This document shows, piece by piece, positions 9,761 through 18,714 of a stretch of DNA of 47,173 bases. Under the pieces are notes generated by a model. It did not search any database, was not told the origin of the DNA, and saw only the letters and a list, made by a program, of their open reading frames with translations. Source of the stretch: Cyclobacteriaceae bacterium (GTDB taxonomy: Bacteria; Bacteroidota; Bacteroidia; Cytophagales; Cyclobacteriaceae). A program made the translations under genes and the position numbers. The DNA is taken from NCBI GenBank assembly GCA_043751075.1, contig JAYVAI010000484.1, positions 1-47,173 of the forward strand, written 5' to 3'. Within the stretch, counting starts at the first letter, position 1; each line of letters starts with the position of its first letter.

Positions 9761-10482
9761 CTGTAGCCCTATCCAATCAAACGATAACCTTCGATGTGCT
9801 TGCCAACAAAACATTGGGCGATGCGCCTTTTAACCTTTCGGCAACGGCAAGCTCTGCGCTGGCGGTTTCCTTTACATCGGCCTCGGACAAGATTACGATT
9901 TCAGGAACACAAGTTACTATGACCAAAGCAGGAAGCGTGACGATAACGGCCACTCAAGCAGGCAATGCTTCGTTCAATGCCGCACCTGCGGTGGACAGGA
10001 CATTTTGTATCAACCCGGCCAAGCCCACGATAACGATGAGCGGTGCCGATACGGAAACGGTTGTGCTCACTTCCAGCAGTGCCACAGGCAATCAATGGTT
10101 TTTGAATGGCGCAATAATTTCGGGGGCAACGGCCAATACGTTGAATGTTACAGCCGCAGGAATTTATTCCGTACAAGTAACCGTTGAAACTTGCGTGGGC
10201 GCGAAAGCGACTGATTTCCCAGTGATTGTTACGGGGCTGGAGGCGGGCACGCATATATTAAAACTTTATCCCAACCCGGCATCGGAGCAAACTATTATTT
10301 CAATACCAGGCGGACGGGGAGGAAAAATATGGTTGTCGGATTTGCGCGGCATCAACGTGATTTCATTGACCTCGCAGGCGAAAGAAGAAGCCGTAAACGT
10401 AGAAGGGCTGAGTGCGGGGATTTATTTTGTGACCGTTACTACACCGAGAGGAGTTTACAGAACTCGTTTTATAAAAGAATAA
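5791..10482 (+). CDS. large Ig-like repeat surface protein with T9SS type A sorting domain, 5'-truncated
   Basis: 14 repeats of ~95-96 aa (PVTITFSESVTGF…GSGTTYTANITP); C-terminal LYPNPAS…GIYFV…RFIKE; begins mid-repeat with no signal peptide. Confidence 0.9.
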   Translation, partial: PITITFSESVTGFLVGDIGVVNGSAGTFAGSGTTYTANITPTVPGTVTVSVAANVATDAATNGNTAATNLTRVFDNVAPTVIISSTASNPTNAVIPVTITFSESVTGFVVGDIGVVNGSAGTFAGSGTTYTENITPTGPGTVTVSVAANVATDAATNGNTAATNLTRVFDNVAPTVIISSTASDPTNAVIPVTITFSESVTGFVVGDIGVVNGTAGTFAGSGTTYTANITPTGPGTVTVSVAANVATDAATNGNTAATNLTRVFDNVAPTVIISSTASNPTNAVIPVTFTFSESVTGFVVGDIGVINGTAGTFAGSGTTYTANITPTGPGTVTVSVGANVATDAATNGNTIATNLTRVFDNVVPTVVITSAAPDPTSVSPIPVTITFSESVIGFVMADITVLNGSAGNFAGSGTTYTVDITPSGQVTVSVSVAAAKATDAALNSNTASNTLTRVYNNTSPTVTISSTATEPTNVTPIPVTITFSESVTGLIAGEIIVTNGSAGTFSGSGTTYTANVTPSGQGAVTVSVAANSAINGATIGNTVSNTLSRTFDTVAPTLVISSSATEPTKVTPIPITITFSESVTGFVVGDIVVTNGSAGTFAGSGTTYTANITPTGPGTVTVSVAATVATDAATNGNTITTNLTRVFDNVAPTVVISSTATDPTNITPIPVTITFSESVTGFVVGDIGVINGTAGTFAGSGTTYTANITPTGQGTVTVLVAANVATDAATNGNTAATNLTRVFDNVAPTVVISSISSDPTNVSPIPATITFSESVTGFIVGDITVTNGTAGTFAGSGTTYTVNISPTAAGPVTVGVATAKATDAATNNNAASNTLTRTYNNTSPSVTITSSATDPTNVSPIPVTITFSESVTGFITSEIIVTNGTAGSFSGSGTTYTANIAPTTAGAVTVSVAANVAVNGASNGNTVSNTLSRVYDNVVPTVIITSTAPDPTNVSPIPVTITFSESVTGFVVDDIVVTNGSAGTFAGSGTTYTANITPSGAGTVTVSVAANVATDAATNGNAAAANLVRTFNGTDTTPPTVTITSSSADPTNSSTIPVTITFSESVTGFVVSDIIVANGTAGSFAGSGTTYTLNITPTAEGIVTVSVAANVATDAATNGNTAATNLTRVFDNLAPTVVISSTSAEPTNVTPIPVTITFSESVSDFILADITVANGTAGTFAGSGTTYTANITPTAQGTVTVSVAANIATDAATNGNTAAANLARVFDDVAPTVVISSTSTEPTNVTPIPVTFTFSESVSNFILADITVTNGTAGNFAGSGTTYTADITPTAVGAVTVSVAANTAIDGAANANAASNILTRTYQTVALSNQTITFDVLANKTLGDAPFNLSATASSALAVSFTSASDKITISGTQVTMTKAGSVTITATQAGNASFNAAPAVDRTFCINPAKPTITMSGADTETVVLTSSSATGNQWFLNGAIISGATANTLNVTAAGIYSVQVTVETCVGAKATDFPVIVTGLEAGTHILKLYPNPASEQTIISIPGGRGGKIWLSDLRGINVISLTSQAKEEAVNVEGLSAGIYFVTVTTPRGVYRTRFIKE

Positions 10483-10513
10483 TTTTTTTTGAAACCCTTC
10501 AAGAGTGATATAA

Positions 10514-10544
10514 GGCGTCAGACACCTTTAAGGTGTAAGACGCC
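10514..10544. repeat. REP family A hairpin
   Basis: GGCGTCAGACACCTTTAAGGTGTAAGACGCC. Confidence 0.8.
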
Positions 10545-10639
10545 TCGATACGAGCTAAAATTTTAAGCCTTTGCGTAACTATATAGTTAATGAGTTAAAA
10601 AAAGCAGAAAAAATATGGACATGATTTAAATCTATCAAT

Positions 10640-11074
10640 ATGAAAACCGGAAAAATATTTTTGACAAGTGTATCAATTGCGTTGCTGATGGCAGCGATGG
10701 TTTTGTTGGGGTCATGCAAGAAAGGAAGCGGTGAGGTTACACCCGATGTGGCAGCACTTTTAAAATCAGGGACCTGGAAAGTGAAGACGGTGACGGTGGA
10801 TGGCAGCGATAAACTCAGTTTGTTCACTGGGCTTACGTTAACATTTTCTACTTCATCGCTCAGCACTATCAATGGTGAACCCGTGTGGCCTGGCTCGGGC
10901 ACGTGGGCTTTAAATTCTGATGGGACTATAATTACCAGAGGCGATGGTTTGACTGTGACCATTGACAACATCAGCGAAACATCGCTTGGCCTTTCACTGG
11001 TGTGGGGCAAGAACACGCTGGGTGGAAGAATTGGTTCTGTAAAAGGCAATCATGTTTTTACGTTTGGGAAGTAG
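10640..11074 (+). CDS. lipoprotein, lipocalin-like fold probable
   Basis: Lipobox LGSC; LKSGTWKV…SGTWAL pattern. Confidence 0.75.
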   Translation: MKTGKIFLTSVSIALLMAAMVLLGSCKKGSGEVTPDVAALLKSGTWKVKTVTVDGSDKLSLFTGLTLTFSTSSLSTINGEPVWPGSGTWALNSDGTIITRGDGLTVTIDNISETSLGLSLVWGKNTLGGRIGSVKGNHVFTFGK

Positions 11075-11088
11075 CAGTATTGGGATTA

Positions 11089-11119
11089 GGCGTCAGACAC
11101 CTTTGAGGTGTCTGACGCC
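11089..11119. repeat. REP family A hairpin between convergent genes
   Basis: Perfect 14 bp stem GGCGTCAGACACCT-TTG-AGGTGTCTGACGCC. Confidence 0.85.
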
Positions 11120-11130
11120 CTGAACCAAAC

Positions 11131-12210
11131 TTATAAATCAACCCCCAGTTTTTTTCCTAACTCTTTCAAGTCCTCAACCACTTTGTTGTTTACAGGTATC
11201 CCTTCTTTGCGTCTGATCGTTTCGTATTCGCGTTCTGGATCGCCAGGGATAATTAATTTTTCTTCGCCTTCAATTGTTTTTGCAGCGCGAAACCGGGTGA
11301 TCCAATTGTCCATGTGCTTTTTAAATTCATCGGCAGGGCGAAAGGCATCCACGCGCATGGCTCCAAAAAAATGTCCGATGCCTTCACCTACCGGATCGGC
11401 CGGTGGCGCAAGAAAACTTACGAAGGGCGGCACCCACGGGCCATAGTTGGCACCACTGAGCACGGCAGAAAAAATATCAACCCAGGCACCGAGGCAAAAT
11501 CCTTTGTGGCTTCCATGTTCGCGGTCGCTGCCGAGTGGCAAAAGTGCTCCACCCTCTTTCAATTCGTTTGGGTTGATGGAAATGCTCCCGTCTTTTTTTT
11601 GTATCCAGCCCTCAGGTGCTTCAAGATTTTTTCGTTGCAATATTTCAAGCTTGCCATTGGCTGCGGTGGTGGTTGCAAAGTCGGCAACAAAAGGAGGTTG
11701 CTCGCCAGCAGGGATGGCCACGCAAATGGGATTGGTGCCCAATAATCTTTCTATCGAAAATGTGGGTGCAACCAGAGGGCTGGCGTTGGTCATGGCCATT
11801 CCTATCATGTCGTGTGGCAACGCCATCATGGCATGATATCCGGCAATGCCAAAGTGATTTGAATTTTTTACCGCCACCCAGCCGGTGCCCACTTGATTGG
11901 CTTTTTGGATTGCAATCTCCATTGCCTTTGGAGCTACCACTAACCCCAACCCTGCATCGCCATCCACCACTGCAGTACTGGGTGTTTCGTGTATGGTGCG
12001 AATGCCCGGTGTACTGTTTATGCGCTTTGCTTCCCAAAGTCTTACGTAGCCCGAGAGCCGGGCCACGCCATGCGAATCAATGCCACGTAGGTCTGCGCTC
12101 AACAGCACATTGGTGGCAAGGTGGGCCTGGTGGTCAGGGCAATTTATTTTTTTGAAAACGTTGAAGGCGAATTGCCAAAGTTGTGTGTAAGGGATAGTTG
12201 TTTCTGTCAT
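11131..12210 (-). CDS. Ldh_2 family (type 2 malate/L-lactate dehydrogenase-like) oxidoreductase
   Basis: ADLRGIDSHGVARL, NSNHFGIAGY, LGTNPI, GSHKG, IPGDPE motifs. Confidence 0.9.
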   Translation of the reverse strand: MTETTIPYTQLWQFAFNVFKKINCPDHQAHLATNVLLSADLRGIDSHGVARLSGYVRLWEAKRINSTPGIRTIHETPSTAVVDGDAGLGLVVAPKAMEIAIQKANQVGTGWVAVKNSNHFGIAGYHAMMALPHDMIGMAMTNASPLVAPTFSIERLLGTNPICVAIPAGEQPPFVADFATTTAANGKLEILQRKNLEAPEGWIQKKDGSISINPNELKEGGALLPLGSDREHGSHKGFCLGAWVDIFSAVLSGANYGPWVPPFVSFLAPPADPVGEGIGHFFGAMRVDAFRPADEFKKHMDNWITRFRAAKTIEGEEKLIIPGDPEREYETIRRKEGIPVNNKVVEDLKELGKKLGVDL

Positions 12211-12276
12211 GTCACAAAAGGGTTGTATTGAATTTAATATTTGATGTTACAAACAAATAATATTTCATTGTGTTTT

Positions 12277-12411
12277 CTTAGTGAAACTTCGTGCCTGCCT
12301 GGCCGGCAGGCAGGCCTTTGTGCCTCCGTGGTTCAATTTTCACGCCTTTACCTTGCCACGAACCTGCCTGACCGGTAGGCAGGGACACAAAGTCACAAAG
12401 GAAGCACGAAG
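12277..12411. repeat. inverted REP pair, each arm interrupted by a 21 bp mini-palindrome
   Basis: CTTCGTG[CCTGCCTGGCCGGCAGGCAGG]CCTTTGTGCCTCCGTGG … CCACGAA[CCTGCCTGACCGGTAGGCAGG]GACACAAAGTCACAAAG. Confidence 0.75.
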
Positions 12412-12510
12412 AGTGCAACATCAGCAGTCAATATTCAAGGATTAAAAAAAATTATCAATAAGAATGTGGAAATTAGCCTTTGCACACATCAAAGGTTAAA
12501 CTTAAAAAAA

Positions 12511-14124
12511 ATGAAAAAACAAGTGTTATTGTTCATTCTCCTTTTTGGTTCAGTTCCGCTGTTTGGTCAAACCGATAAACCGACAGATTCAAAGATCACC
12601 GAAGTAACCGTTTTTCTAAACAAAGCCCAGGTTACGCGCGAAGCGAAAACGCGCCTTGACGCAGGTAAAACCAACCTCATAGTCACGGGCCTTACTTCTC
12701 AATTGGACCCACAAAGCATTCAGGTTTCGGGAAAAGGAAATTTTATTATTCTGGGCATTGGCCATCAGCAAAATTTTCTGGGTGAATCGAATGTTCCGAA
12801 GCCGCTCAAGGTATTAAAAGATTCAGTTGTGTTTTTACAAAAGCAGGTTAGCCTTGAGCAAAGCCAGAAGGAAATCTTGAACAAGGAAGAGCAAATGCTG
12901 GTGAGCAACCAGAAGATTGGTGGTACCAATCAGAACATTACGGTGGCAGAATTGAAAGCGATGGCGGATTTTTATCGCGGCCGATTGAGCGACATCGTGA
13001 TCGCGCGCATGAAGCACGATGAAAAAATAAAAATCATGAACGAGCGGATCGTAAAGCTCAACTTGCAGATCAATGAGCAAAATGAGTTGTTCCGCAGAAA
13101 CACCAGCGAGATATTGATCAGCGTATCGGCAGAGGCAGTAACGCAGGCAGAGCTACGGGTAAGTTATGTGGTGGCCAATGCCGGGTGGAATGCAGTCTAT
13201 GATGTGAGGGCCATCAACACGAAAAGCCCATTGCAACTGAGTTATAAAGCAAACGTTTTTCAAGGCACAGGTGAAGAATGGAAAAATGTAAAACTTAAAT
13301 TGTCCACGGCCAACCCCAACCAAAGTGGATTGAAACCCGAATTGAATTCGTGGTATTTGGATTTTTATAATCCGATCGCTTATAATGATAAGAAAAAATT
13401 ATACAGGGCTGCCCCTTCCGCCATGCGCACAATGGATGTAGCTTCGCAGGTTGTTGAAGAGGAGAAAGCAGAGGCGCAGTCGGTGGCAGAATTTGTGTCA
13501 ACCGTTCAAACTTCTTTGAATACCGAATTTGATGTTTCGCTTCCATATTCCGTTTCCTCATCCTCAAAGCCAACGGTGGTGGACATACGCAATTATGAAG
13601 TGAAGGCCGAGTATAGTTATTCGGTGGTGCCTAAACTGGACATGGACGCCTTTCTTATGGCCAAAGCCATCGGCTGGGAAGAATTTAGTTTATTGCCTGG
13701 TGAGGCGAACATTTTCTTTGAAGGCACTTTTGTTGGAAACTCTTTCATTGATCCGAACAATATAAAAGATACACTGGCTCTGTCGCTCGGTCGTGATAAA
13801 CGAATTGTTGTAAAGCGTGAAAAACTAAAAGACCTTACTTCGCGAAATGTGATAGGCACAACTAAAAAGGAAAATTATACCTGGGAGATTAGCATCCGCA
13901 ACACAAAGACGGAAACAATACGCATTCACATAGAAGACCAGGTGCCGGTAGCGCAAAATGCACAGATTGAGGTGACCGTTATAGATGCTGGAGGATCGAA
14001 CTACAACAAGCAAACCGGAAAACTTGTGTGGGCCATTGAGGTGAAGCCAAGTGAAACGCGAAAGGTGATGTTTAAGTTTGAAGTAAAGTATCCGAAGGAC
14101 AAGCAGGTGAGTGGGTTGAATTGA
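12511..14124 (+). CDS. DUF4139/DUF4140 (MuiA-like) secreted protein
   Basis: Signal peptide from ATG 12511; SKITEVTVF, coiled coil, QGTGEEWKNVKLKLSTANP, LSLGRD, IEDQVPV. Confidence 0.9.
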   Translation: MKKQVLLFILLFGSVPLFGQTDKPTDSKITEVTVFLNKAQVTREAKTRLDAGKTNLIVTGLTSQLDPQSIQVSGKGNFIILGIGHQQNFLGESNVPKPLKVLKDSVVFLQKQVSLEQSQKEILNKEEQMLVSNQKIGGTNQNITVAELKAMADFYRGRLSDIVIARMKHDEKIKIMNERIVKLNLQINEQNELFRRNTSEILISVSAEAVTQAELRVSYVVANAGWNAVYDVRAINTKSPLQLSYKANVFQGTGEEWKNVKLKLSTANPNQSGLKPELNSWYLDFYNPIAYNDKKKLYRAAPSAMRTMDVASQVVEEEKAEAQSVAEFVSTVQTSLNTEFDVSLPYSVSSSSKPTVVDIRNYEVKAEYSYSVVPKLDMDAFLMAKAIGWEEFSLLPGEANIFFEGTFVGNSFIDPNNIKDTLALSLGRDKRIVVKREKLKDLTSRNVIGTTKKENYTWEISIRNTKTETIRIHIEDQVPVAQNAQIEVTVIDAGGSNYNKQTGKLVWAIEVKPSETRKVMFKFEVKYPKDKQVSGLN

Positions 14125-14143
14125 TGGTTGGTGAAACGACATT

Positions 14144-14178
14144 GAATCCTAAATCTTAAATCCTAAATCTTAAATCCC
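14144..14178 (+). repeat. heptamer tandem repeat
   Basis: gaatcct-aaatctt-aaatcct-aaatctt-aaatccc. Confidence 0.7.
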
Positions 14179-14188
14179 TTCAGTAGTA

Positions 14189-15298
14189 ATGATCTTCCGG
14201 TTGCGCCTTCTTTTTTTCTTGCCAGTACTGTTTATCACGAGTGTGCATGCACAGGTGATGAACACAACCATGATGGACACCATAGAAACAACGGCTGTTG
14301 GCCACGTGGCGGTGGGCGGTTACGTGGATACTTATTTCGCCTATAATTTTTCAGCAACCAACAGCCAATCTATTCCTTATTATGTTTCATCGGCAAGGAA
14401 CAACCAGTTTCAAATCAATCTCGCTTATGTGGAGGTCCGTTATCGCGCCAAGGGATTGCGGGCACATTTTGCACCGGGCGTGGGCACCTACATGAACGAC
14501 AATTATAAAACGGAGCCGGGCACGCTTAAAAATATTGTGGTGGCCAACGTGGGCGTGTTGCTTTCAGCGAAAAGAAAAATTTGGGTTGACATGGGGGTGT
14601 TCACCTCGCACTACACCAATGAAACAGCTATTTCAAAAGATCACCTGATGTACACGCGCTCCTTCGCACCGGAGAATGTTCCGTATTACCTCACGGGTGC
14701 AAAACTAAGTGTGCCTTTGAGCGAAAAAGTAAATTCTTATTTTTTCCTGTTGAATGGATGGCAGGTAATTGAGGACAACAACAAAGGCAAATCCATCGGC
14801 ACGCAGATTGAGTATCAGCCGAATGCCTCCATGGTTTTTAATTGGAACACGTACTTGGGCGATGAGCGTTCTCGCATCCATCCAAACTACCGAACGCGTT
14901 TTTTTATCGATGTATTTTGGATTTATCAACCAACCAAAAGATTCAGTGCCACTTCGTGCATCTATCACGGCTGGCAAAATATATCGGATGGAAGTGTAAG
15001 AAAATGGTGGCAGGCAAATATCATTGGGCGGTATTCGGTTACCGATAATTGGTCACTATCGGGGAGGTTTGAATATTTTTCGGATCCGGATTTGGCTTTG
15101 ATTGCTCCCGTAACATCGGCAAACTCATTCAGCGCGTTCAGCACAGGTTTGTGTGCCAACTATAAAGTTTACAACAATGCATTGTTTCGATTTGAAATGA
15201 AGCAACTTTTTTCTGGAGACAATGTGTTTCTGAAATCCAACAATCAGGAAACCAAAAGTAATTTGCTGGGCGTGGTGAGTTTGACTGCGTGGTTTTGA
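14189..15298 (+). CDS. outer-membrane beta-barrel porin (BBP2-like)
   Basis: Signal peptide; GGYVDTYFAYNF, ENVPYYLTGAK, LNGWQ; C-terminal aromatic residue. Confidence 0.8.
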   Translation: MIFRLRLLFFLPVLFITSVHAQVMNTTMMDTIETTAVGHVAVGGYVDTYFAYNFSATNSQSIPYYVSSARNNQFQINLAYVEVRYRAKGLRAHFAPGVGTYMNDNYKTEPGTLKNIVVANVGVLLSAKRKIWVDMGVFTSHYTNETAISKDHLMYTRSFAPENVPYYLTGAKLSVPLSEKVNSYFFLLNGWQVIEDNNKGKSIGTQIEYQPNASMVFNWNTYLGDERSRIHPNYRTRFFIDVFWIYQPTKRFSATSCIYHGWQNISDGSVRKWWQANIIGRYSVTDNWSLSGRFEYFSDPDLALIAPVTSANSFSAFSTGLCANYKVYNNALFRFEMKQLFSGDNVFLKSNNQETKSNLLGVVSLTAWF

Positions 15299-15407
15299 TA
15301 ATTTAAAAAGTAGGGCAGTATGCAGGAAGCAGTAGGCAGTACTGGCGACTTGTAAGGTTTGCGTAATATTGGCCAGTCTGTGGTGGTGCTGTTGCGAATT
15401 GTCTTCA

Positions 15408-16688
15408 TTATACTTTTCTCTTTTTAGCTGTTACCGCTTTAGCTTTTAGTTTGGCCACTGGTGTTTTTATTTCTTTAGGCATCGCCCGTTTAAATTTCGT
15501 TGCTTCACTTTCCAGGGCAGCTTCCAGTTCTTCAATGGTGGGCATTTCCGATTTTAAATTTTTGGGCAGGGCACTGTTCAGTGCAAAATCGGCCACGCCC
15601 ATGGGCTTGTCTATGCCACGCAGGGCATATTCCACAATGGTTTCGTTGGGAGTTTTGCAAAGCAACACCCCAATGGTGGGCTTATCTTCTGGTGTTTTTA
15701 GTTGGGCATCTACGGTGCTCAGATAAAAATTGAGTTTGCCTGCATACTCTGGTTTAAATGCCCCCACTTTTAATTCAAACACCACATAGCAGTGCAGGCG
15801 GGTATTGTAAAACAGCAGGTCGAAAAAGAAATCGTCTCCGCCAACAGCTACATTATATTGATTGCCCACGTATGCAAAACCGCGCCCCAGTTCCAGCAAA
15901 AATTTTCGCAGATGTTGCATGAGGGCCTTCTCCAATTCACGTTCCTTCGCCTCGTCACCTATATTCAGGAAATCGAAGAGGTACGGGTTTTTAAACATTT
16001 CCCGCGCCAGGTCGGATTGATATTGTGGCAGGGTACGTTCAAAGTTGGTAATGGCTTTTCCTTGTCTGTTATATAAACCACTTTCAATCTGGTGAAAAAG
16101 CACAGCCTTGCTCCATCCATTTTGAATAGCCTTCTCCACATAAAATGATCTCTCGCTAAGCCCTTGTATCTTATCAAGAATGATGGTGTGATGTGTCCAT
16201 GGCAATTGCGCAACCAGTGGTTGCGGAATTGTATCTGGTGATATTTTTACGAGCGATTCGATCAACAGTTCTTTCTTTTTTTTGCCTTTTGGCAATTCCG
16301 CAACCGCTGGTTGCGGAATTGGGCTATTTGATATTTTTAAAATATCTGCTCTCCTTTTTTTGTCTTTTTTACTTTCCGCAACAAGTGGTTGCGGAAATGG
16401 AAAATGAGGCCATGCGTGGGCAAAGGTTTGCATGTACTCGAAATTACGTTGGCTCAATCCTTTCATGTCCGGAAATTCAGCCCTTAGGTCATTCGCTAAC
16501 CGACCAATTATTTTGGTGCCCCAGCCTTCCATTTTTTTCCGCTCCAAAATAGTATTGCCAATTTCCCAGTACAGTTGCAGCAATTGGGCATTCACCGTAA
16601 AGGCAGCACGCAGTCTGGTCTGCCTGATTTTTTCTTTCAGGTCGTGCAGAATTTGTCCGTAGTTTTTTTTATCCGGTGCAGAACTCAT
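15408..16688 (-). CDS. YhcG/DUF1016 PD-(D/E)XK nuclease family protein
   Basis: VNAQLLQLYWEIG, LPWTHH, KNPYLFDFL, FLLELGRGFAYVG, DLLFYN…FELK…YAGKLNFYL. Confidence 0.92.
   Translation of the reverse strand: MSSAPDKKNYGQILHDLKEKIRQTRLRAAFTVNAQLLQLYWEIGNTILERKKMEGWGTKIIGRLANDLRAEFPDMKGLSQRNFEYMQTFAHAWPHFPFPQPLVAESKKDKKRRADILKISNSPIPQPAVAELPKGKKKKELLIESLVKISPDTIPQPLVAQLPWTHHTIILDKIQGLSERSFYVEKAIQNGWSKAVLFHQIESGLYNRQGKAITNFERTLPQYQSDLAREMFKNPYLFDFLNIGDEAKERELEKALMQHLRKFLLELGRGFAYVGNQYNVAVGGDDFFFDLLFYNTRLHCYVVFELKVGAFKPEYAGKLNFYLSTVDAQLKTPEDKPTIGVLLCKTPNETIVEYALRGIDKPMGVADFALNSALPKNLKSEMPTIEELEAALESEATKFKRAMPKEIKTPVAKLKAKAVTAKKRKV
16203..16397. repeat. three in-frame palindromic repeats inside the YhcG gene
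   Basis: Hairpins at 16203-16231, 16293-16321 (perfect 13 bp stem) and 16373-16397. Confidence 0.9.
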
Positions 16689-16839
16689 ACGCTATCTTCT
16701 TTAAAAGTTCTTTTTACTGTGTACTACGTAGGTCAGGCAGCATAAAATGATAAACACCATTGAGTTCTATTTTAAAAATGTATCCTTATATAGTAATGAC
16801 CGAAGTAGTAATTTCTACTTACTCCCTGGAGTTATAATA

Positions 16840-16871
16840 GGCGTCTGACCGCTCAGAGCGGTCTTGACGCC
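16840..16871. repeat. REP family A variant
   Basis: GGCGTCTGACCGCTCAGAGCGGTCTTGACGCC. Confidence 0.7.
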
Positions 16872-16896
16872 TCGGTTCACAATAGCATAACTCCAG

Positions 16897-18189
16897 TTAT
16901 TCTTTTGTGGGCTTGCTATACGGCCTGATGATAAGGCGGTGTTTTTTATCCGAACCAAAATAGGCCGACATCCAACTGAAGAAGACAAATAGCTTGCTTC
17001 CAAAACCAACCAACGACATGAGGTGAACAAACATCCAGATGAACCACGCTATGGTTCCTTGTGTTTTCCAGAATTTCAAATCCACCACGGCTTTGTGTTT
17101 TCCTATAGTGGCCATGCTGCCTTTGTCCGTGTATGTAAAATCAGGATGTTGATCTTTTGCATCGCTCTTTAAAAACTTTGCTAAGTACGTTCCCATTTGC
17201 ATGGAAACGGGTGCCACCATTGGCAGAGGCATTTCTTTTCCTGTGGGGATGAAGGAGGCAACATCGCCAATGGAAAAAATAGTAGTGTGCCCTTTCACAC
17301 GAAGCTTGCCATCTACGCTTAACCGGTTGCCCCGGCCAATGGATTCTTTTTGAAAACCGGATGGCACCATGCCCGCAACGCCAGCGGCATAAATAAGCGA
17401 AGTAGTGAGAATTGTTTTTCCATTGTTGAGCACTGCTTTGTATCCATCATAAGAAACCAAGCCCGTGTTGAGCCACACATGTACTCCCAACTCTTCCAGA
17501 AACTGTTTTGTTTTTGCAGAGGCTTCCTCCGACATGCCTGCCAGCAAACGCGGACCAAGCTCTATCAGATAAATGTCCATCATCTTAAAATCGATTTCGG
17601 GGTAGTCGGTGGGCAGCACATGGTTGCGCAGTTCGGCAAGCGCACCGGCCGTTTCAATTCCTGTGGGGCCGCCACCTACTATCACAATGTCAATCAAACT
17701 TTCCTGCTCATCGCTTTTATGTTCCAGGCTCACTGCTTTTTCAAAATTTTGAATGAGCATGCTTCGTATGTCCAAGGCTTGTGGCACCGATTTCATAGGC
17801 ATAGCATGTTGCTTCACATCGTTCATACCAAAAAAATTAGTGGTAGATCCGGTGGCGATCACGAGATAATCATAGTTCAAATCGCCTATGGAAGTTTTAA
17901 TGGTTTGTTCAGAAGCAATTACCTCGGTGACTTCGGCCAATCGGAAAACTAAATTATCCTGCCCTTCGAACATGGCGCGGTATGGCGAGGCGATGGAATA
18001 AGATTCCAAACCGGCAGTGGCCACTTGATAGAGCAGTGGTTGAAAGGCGTGGTAGTTATGCTTGTCCAACAAAACAATTTGGAAGGGTTGATTCCGTAGT
18101 TGTCTGGCCAATTCAATTCCGCCAAAGCCGCCCCCAACAATTACGATCCTCGGATTTTTTGAAGTGGGGATATTTAGGTGCTCGTTCAT
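16897..18189 (-). CDS. ndh: type II NADH dehydrogenase
   Basis: GGGFGG, FQPLLYQVAT, GGGPTGIETAG, FSIGD, DKGSMATIG. Confidence 0.92.
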   Translation of the reverse strand: MNEHLNIPTSKNPRIVIVGGGFGGIELARQLRNQPFQIVLLDKHNYHAFQPLLYQVATAGLESYSIASPYRAMFEGQDNLVFRLAEVTEVIASEQTIKTSIGDLNYDYLVIATGSTTNFFGMNDVKQHAMPMKSVPQALDIRSMLIQNFEKAVSLEHKSDEQESLIDIVIVGGGPTGIETAGALAELRNHVLPTDYPEIDFKMMDIYLIELGPRLLAGMSEEASAKTKQFLEELGVHVWLNTGLVSYDGYKAVLNNGKTILTTSLIYAAGVAGMVPSGFQKESIGRGNRLSVDGKLRVKGHTTIFSIGDVASFIPTGKEMPLPMVAPVSMQMGTYLAKFLKSDAKDQHPDFTYTDKGSMATIGKHKAVVDLKFWKTQGTIAWFIWMFVHLMSLVGFGSKLFVFFSWMSAYFGSDKKHRLIIRPYSKPTKE

Positions 18190-18258
18190 AGTTGTTCAAT
18201 TTAAAAAGCCCGAAGATAGGGTGCATTTCCATTTGTAGCAACCCGCTCTTCCGGCCAG

Positions 18259-18286
18259 AGACCAGGTTTTAAAAACTTGTAGGTCT
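18259..18286. repeat. REP family B, degenerate
   Basis: AGACCAGGTTTTAAAAACTTGTAGGTCT. Confidence 0.55.
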
Positions 18287-18314
18287 TTTTCAGCTTGCGC
18301 TACATTTTTAATTC

Positions 18315-18476
18315 CCCTTTGTTGATGTTGATCAAAAATAAAGTTGTTGACCCGCAACTGGGAGAAACTTGAATTCAGTTCCTCTCTCAGAATTGAGACG
18401 GGGAAAAAAATGAAGATTTGAAAAGAGCTGGTCAGGCGACCAACTCTGACACCGGGCGACCAATTCTAACAAAGGG
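18315..18476 (+). repeat. ~140 bp dispersed repeat, copy A (MITE/REPIN-like)
   Basis: Near-identical to 19665-19806; imperfect terminal inverted repeats; carries an extra ~20 bp tandem duplication (GGCGACCAA(C/T)TCT twice). Confidence 0.9.
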
Positions 18477-18597
18477 CGCTTTCATTCTGCAACTAGCAGG
18501 TGTAAAAGTGACTGATTTTTCTGGCGGTGATAATTTTTTGCTGGGGGGTGAGTTGTGTGCTGCTGGGCGTGTGCATGGAGAGATGCTAAAAGTGATT
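18475..18597 (+). pseudogene. orphan 3' fragment of a suhB-like gene
   Basis: GAFILQLAGVKVTDFSGGDNFLLGGELCAAGRVHGEMLKVI matches the SuhB C-terminus in this window at 29/41 residues (hand count). Confidence 0.9.
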
Positions 18598-18714
18598 GGT
18601 CCTACTTTGTCAAGTTCTAAATTTATGACAAGATCAAAACGGATAATCAAAGTCCTGAACGAAAGTCACCGCTCTCTTTCTCGCCTTAGCGAAACAATGA
18701 CATTTTCATTAAAG

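Noticed and set aside
16203-16397. CRISPR array
   Set aside because: Only three units, inside a coding frame, with related spacers and no cas genes; reported as a coding palindrome array instead.
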